From Coxiellaceae bacterium (GTDB lineage: Bacteria > Pseudomonadota > Gammaproteobacteria > UBA9339): a stretch of 64,000 nucleotides of DNA. Below are positions 61,235-64,000 of the stretch, in pieces. Numbering within the stretch: the stretch's first letter is position 1; each line of letters starts with the position of its first letter. A program made the translations under genes and the position numbers. A model generated the notes under the pieces. The model did not search any database, was not told the origin of the DNA, and was given only the letters and a program-made list of their open reading frames with translations. Location of the stretch: NCBI GenBank assembly GCA_031263815.1, contig JAISFD010000022.1, positions 5,320 to 69,319 of the forward strand. The letters are read 5' to 3'.

Positions 61235-62155
61235 ATGATTGATATTACTATTCGCCAGATGTTAGAGGCTGGCGTCCATTTTGGCCATCAGGTTTCATTT
61301 TGGAACCCAAGGATGGCTCCCTATATTTTCGGTAGCAAAAATAAAATCCACATCATAGATCTTGAGAAAACTCTTCCCATGTATAAACATGCTATTAACT
61401 TTTTAAGCAATGTAGCTGCAAAAAAGGGTAATATATTGTTCGTCGGTACTAAACAACAAGCAAGAGCCTTAATTCGTGATGAAGCTAAACGTTGCCACAT
61501 GCCATATATAGATTATCGTTGGTTGGGAGGAATGTTAACTAACTATAAAACAATTAGACAATCACTAAAACGTTTAACTGAATTAGAAGCATTACGAGAT
61601 AGTCTAACTTTTGGACGTCTTCCTAAAAAAGAAGCATTATCCATTATGCGTGAAATTACTAAACTTGAAAAAAGTTTGGGTGGAATTCGCGAAATGGGTG
61701 GTTTACCAGATGCTCTCTTTATCATTGACGTTGGGCATGAAAAAATTGCAGTTAGTGAAGCTTCAAAGCTAAAAATTCCAATCATTGGGATAGTTGATAC
61801 TAACAATAGCCCAGACAATATTGACTATGTTATACCCGGCAATGACGATTCGATCAAAGCAATTAAACTGTATTTAGAGGGTATAGCTGACGCTATTATT
61901 AATGCTCGTAGCCACATAGTTGAAGAAGAAATGGTTGTTGATGAAGATAAGAATGATAAAGAGAAAGAAAAACGTAGTAGTAAGAAATCGGTCTTGCCTA
62001 AAAAAAGGGTTTTAAAAAAGAAAGAGCATGTAATAAGTAGCGCAAAGGAAGAAGTAAAGACCAAGACACATAAAGCAAAATCTAATCATAAAATTCCAGT
62101 GACTAAGATTAAAAAAGAAAGTACTAAACATAAAGATGTAACTGTAACTAAATAA
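61235..62155 (+). CDS. rpsB: 30S ribosomal protein S2 with a lysine-rich C-terminal extension
   Basis: [19 protein letters not shown] is the canonical S2 start, with SD GAGGAG upstream of ATG 61235. About 70 extra K/E-rich residues follow the S2 core. Confidence 0.95.
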   Translation: MIDITIRQMLEAGVHFGHQVSFWNPRMAPYIFGSKNKIHIIDLEKTLPMYKHAINFLSNVAAKKGNILFVGTKQQARALIRDEAKRCHMPYIDYRWLGGMLTNYKTIRQSLKRLTELEALRDSLTFGRLPKKEALSIMREITKLEKSLGGIREMGGLPDALFIIDVGHEKIAVSEASKLKIPIIGIVDTNNSPDNIDYVIPGNDDSIKAIKLYLEGIADAIINARSHIVEEEMVVDEDKNDKEKEKRSSKKSVLPKKRVLKKKEHVISSAKEEVKTKTHKAKSNHKIPVTKIKKESTKHKDVTVTK

Positions 62156-62166
62156 GTCACCAAGAT

Positions 62167-63045
62167 ATGACAATTAATACCTCATTAATTAAAGAGTTAC
62201 GTGAAGCCACAGGTGCGGGAATGATGGAGTGCAAAAAAGCTCTAGAAGAAGCGGAAGGCAATCTGGAAACAGCACTTACTATCATACGCAAAGCAGGCCA
62301 TGCTAAAGCGGCTAGAAAGGTAAATCGTATTGCTTGCGAAGGGATCATCACTATTAAAACAAGTCCTGATCATAAAAAAGCGATTATGATTGAGATCAAT
62401 TGTGAAACAGATTTTGCTGCTAAGGATCATTCATTCTTAGAATTTGTAGATACTATAGCCAATCAAAGTCTTAACGAACAAATCATGGACCTTAAATCAT
62501 TCATAGCTTTGCCTTCTGTTGCTGAAATGCAAGAAAATTTAATTGCTAAAATTGGAGAAAATGTAACTATTCGTCGCCTAAAAATGATGGTTATTGATGG
62601 AGAAGGTATGATCAGTAACTATCTTCACGGTAATAGAATAGGAGTTCTAGTTAAATTATCTCTGGCTAATGCTGAACTGGGTAAGGATTTAGCAATGCAT
62701 ATTGCAGCTTGTAGTCCAATAGCTATTGGGCCAGAAAGTTTACCACAAACTTTGATTGATAAAGAAAAAGAGATTTATTTTGCCCAATTACAAAATTCTA
62801 ACAAATCTCAAGAAGTTTTAGCAAAGATTGTTGCAGGACGTATCCAAAAGTTTATCAATGAATCAGTCTTAGTTAAACAGCCATTTGTTAAAAACCCAGA
62901 ACTGTTGGTTGAAGATTTGTTACAGAAATTTCATCTACATATTATAGATTTTACTCGCTTTGAAGTTGGTGAAGGGATAGAGAAAAAAATGACTGATTTT
63001 GTTTCTGAAGTAGAGGCGCAGATAAAAACTAAAAAAGATCTATGA
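62167..63045 (+). CDS. tsf: Elongation factor Ts
   Basis: LIKELREATGAGMMECKKALEEAEGNLE UBA-like start plus the dimerisation core. Confidence 0.95.
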   Translation: MTINTSLIKELREATGAGMMECKKALEEAEGNLETALTIIRKAGHAKAARKVNRIACEGIITIKTSPDHKKAIMIEINCETDFAAKDHSFLEFVDTIANQSLNEQIMDLKSFIALPSVAEMQENLIAKIGENVTIRRLKMMVIDGEGMISNYLHGNRIGVLVKLSLANAELGKDLAMHIAACSPIAIGPESLPQTLIDKEKEIYFAQLQNSNKSQEVLAKIVAGRIQKFINESVLVKQPFVKNPELLVEDLLQKFHLHIIDFTRFEVGEGIEKKMTDFVSEVEAQIKTKKDL

Positions 63046-63549
63046 CAACTCCCAAAAAATATCGTTATAAACGTATTATACTTAAATTCAGTGGTGAAGC
63101 CCTAATAGGCCAGGAAGTTTATGGTATCGGTTGCCAAATTATTGAAGAGATTGCTTATGATATTAAAGCTTTACTTAAAGCCAAAATTCAAATTGGCATA
63201 GTTGTTGGAGGTGGTAATTTTTTCCGTGGTGCAAAGCTTAAGAGATGTAAATTATCACATATTACTGGCGATCATTTAGGAATGATCTCCACCACCCTAA
63301 ATGCCCTAGCAATGCGTGATATTTTCACTCAACTTAAAATCCCAACTAAAGTTATGTATGCATGCTAAGTTCTACTCTCATTTAACTTATGCAAAAGCTT
63401 TAGCAAAAGAATCGGGGTGATGGATCGATCTATTCGCATTTAGTTTAGGAGCTGATCATCGAATGAAGCTATGTATTTTTGATCTACGTAAAAAAGGAGC
63501 ATTGTTACGTATAGTTCAAGGGGCAGATGAAGGAACTTTGGTAGAATAA
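63042..63549 (+). pseudogene. pyrH: UMP kinase remnant (internal deletion, frame change, two premature stops)
   Basis: The N-terminal 108 codons are PyrH-like (YKRIILKFSGEAL...VVGGGNFFRGA...GDHLGMISTTLNALAMRD) and end at TAA 63366-63368. The C-terminal homology resumes in another frame at 63373 (YSHLTYAKALAKE...[41 protein letters not shown]) with an in-frame TGA at 63418-63420. The central ~85-90 residues, including the GTGNPFFTTD region, are absent. Confidence 0.85.
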
Positions 63550-63562
63550 ACCGGAGATAGTT

Positions 63563-64000
63563 ATGTTAAACGATATCTTAAAAAATACCGAAATCAATAT
63601 GCAAAAAGCATTGGAAAATTTCAAAAATGAATTAGGTAAGCTACGTACAGGACGGGCACACACTAGTCTAGTCGAAGGAATTAAAGTAGATTATTATAGC
63701 AATGAAACGGCATTAAAACATGTGGCTAATATTACCATTAATGATGCCCGTACCATTACAATAACTCCATGGGAAAAGACCATGGTTAAACCCATAGAAA
63801 AAGCTATCGCTAGCGCCGGTCTTGGTTTAAATCCGATTAGTGATGCTAATCTAGTCAGAGTACCTATTCCATCTTTAACTGAAGAACGGCGTAAAGAAAT
63901 GATCAAGATAGTAAAAAATATTGCCGAAACATCGCGAGTAGCGATACGCAACATTCGTCGTGAAGCTATGGATAAACTCAAAGAGTTACTAAAGAAAAAA
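63563..64000 (+). CDS. frr: Ribosome recycling factor (3-prime end beyond the window)
   Basis: ATG 63563 opens [45 protein letters not shown]...[24 protein letters not shown], a canonical RRF open to nt 64000. It is not listed in the ORF track. The minus-strand ORF 63694..63981 is its shadow. Confidence 0.9.
   Translation, partial: MLNDILKNTEINMQKALENFKNELGKLRTGRAHTSLVEGIKVDYYSNETALKHVANITINDARTITITPWEKTMVKPIEKAIASAGLGLNPISDANLVRVPIPSLTEERRKEMIKIVKNIAETSRVAIRNIRREAMDKLKELLKKK

Noticed and set aside
63694-63981. A 95-aa minus-strand ORF at the right edge.
   Set aside because: The plus strand here encodes a canonical ribosome recycling factor starting at 63563. The ORF track omits it because it runs off the window, and the minus-strand ORF is its shadow.

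Overview
This is an AT-rich gammaproteobacterial chromosome segment. It carries classic conserved gene blocks: ndk-rlmN-rodZ-hisS-yfgM, diaA-dolP, sspAB-rpsI-rplM, rarA-serS, lptFG, pyrG-kdsA-eno-ftsB, surE-nlpD, thrS-infC-rpmI-rplT-pheST-ihfA, scpAB and rpsB-tsf-pyrH-frr. On top of this sit hallmarks of a host-dependent (Legionellales/Coxiella-like) lifestyle. There are two paralogous ATP/ADP-translocase-type nucleotide transporters and a GlpT/UhpC-type organophosphate antiporter. There is also a thiamine pyrophosphokinase, a short class-I-like HMG-CoA reductase, and a pyruvate:ferredoxin oxidoreductase paired with a GltD-like Fe-S flavoprotein. I call 7 tRNAs (Glu, Ala, Gln, Val, Pro, Ser, plus one degenerate tRNA-Glu fragment) and a tmRNA. 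I see no CRISPR array, IS element, transposase, integrase or recognisable defence system. The main observation is that the slot between ftsB and surE holds a 9.7-kb cassette instead of the ispD-ispF-truD found there in other gammaproteobacteria. The cassette is HMGR, FMN reductase, HIT protein, GltD-like protein, PFOR, NTT and TPK. ispG is also absent from its usual place between rodZ and hisS. Together these suggest a metabolic rewiring (MEP to mevalonate, PFOR-based acetyl-CoA/NADPH supply, nucleotide and thiamine scavenging). Four conserved genes are visibly decaying: Fic, diaA, ycaR and, most strikingly, pyrH. A tRNA-Glu att-like duplication brackets the Fic pseudogene as a remnant of an integrated element. 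The ORF track misses two edge-truncated genes: 1..720 (open to the left edge) and frr at 63563..64000 (runs off the right edge). All functional calls come from reading the translations and from remembered family motifs; no database search was run.
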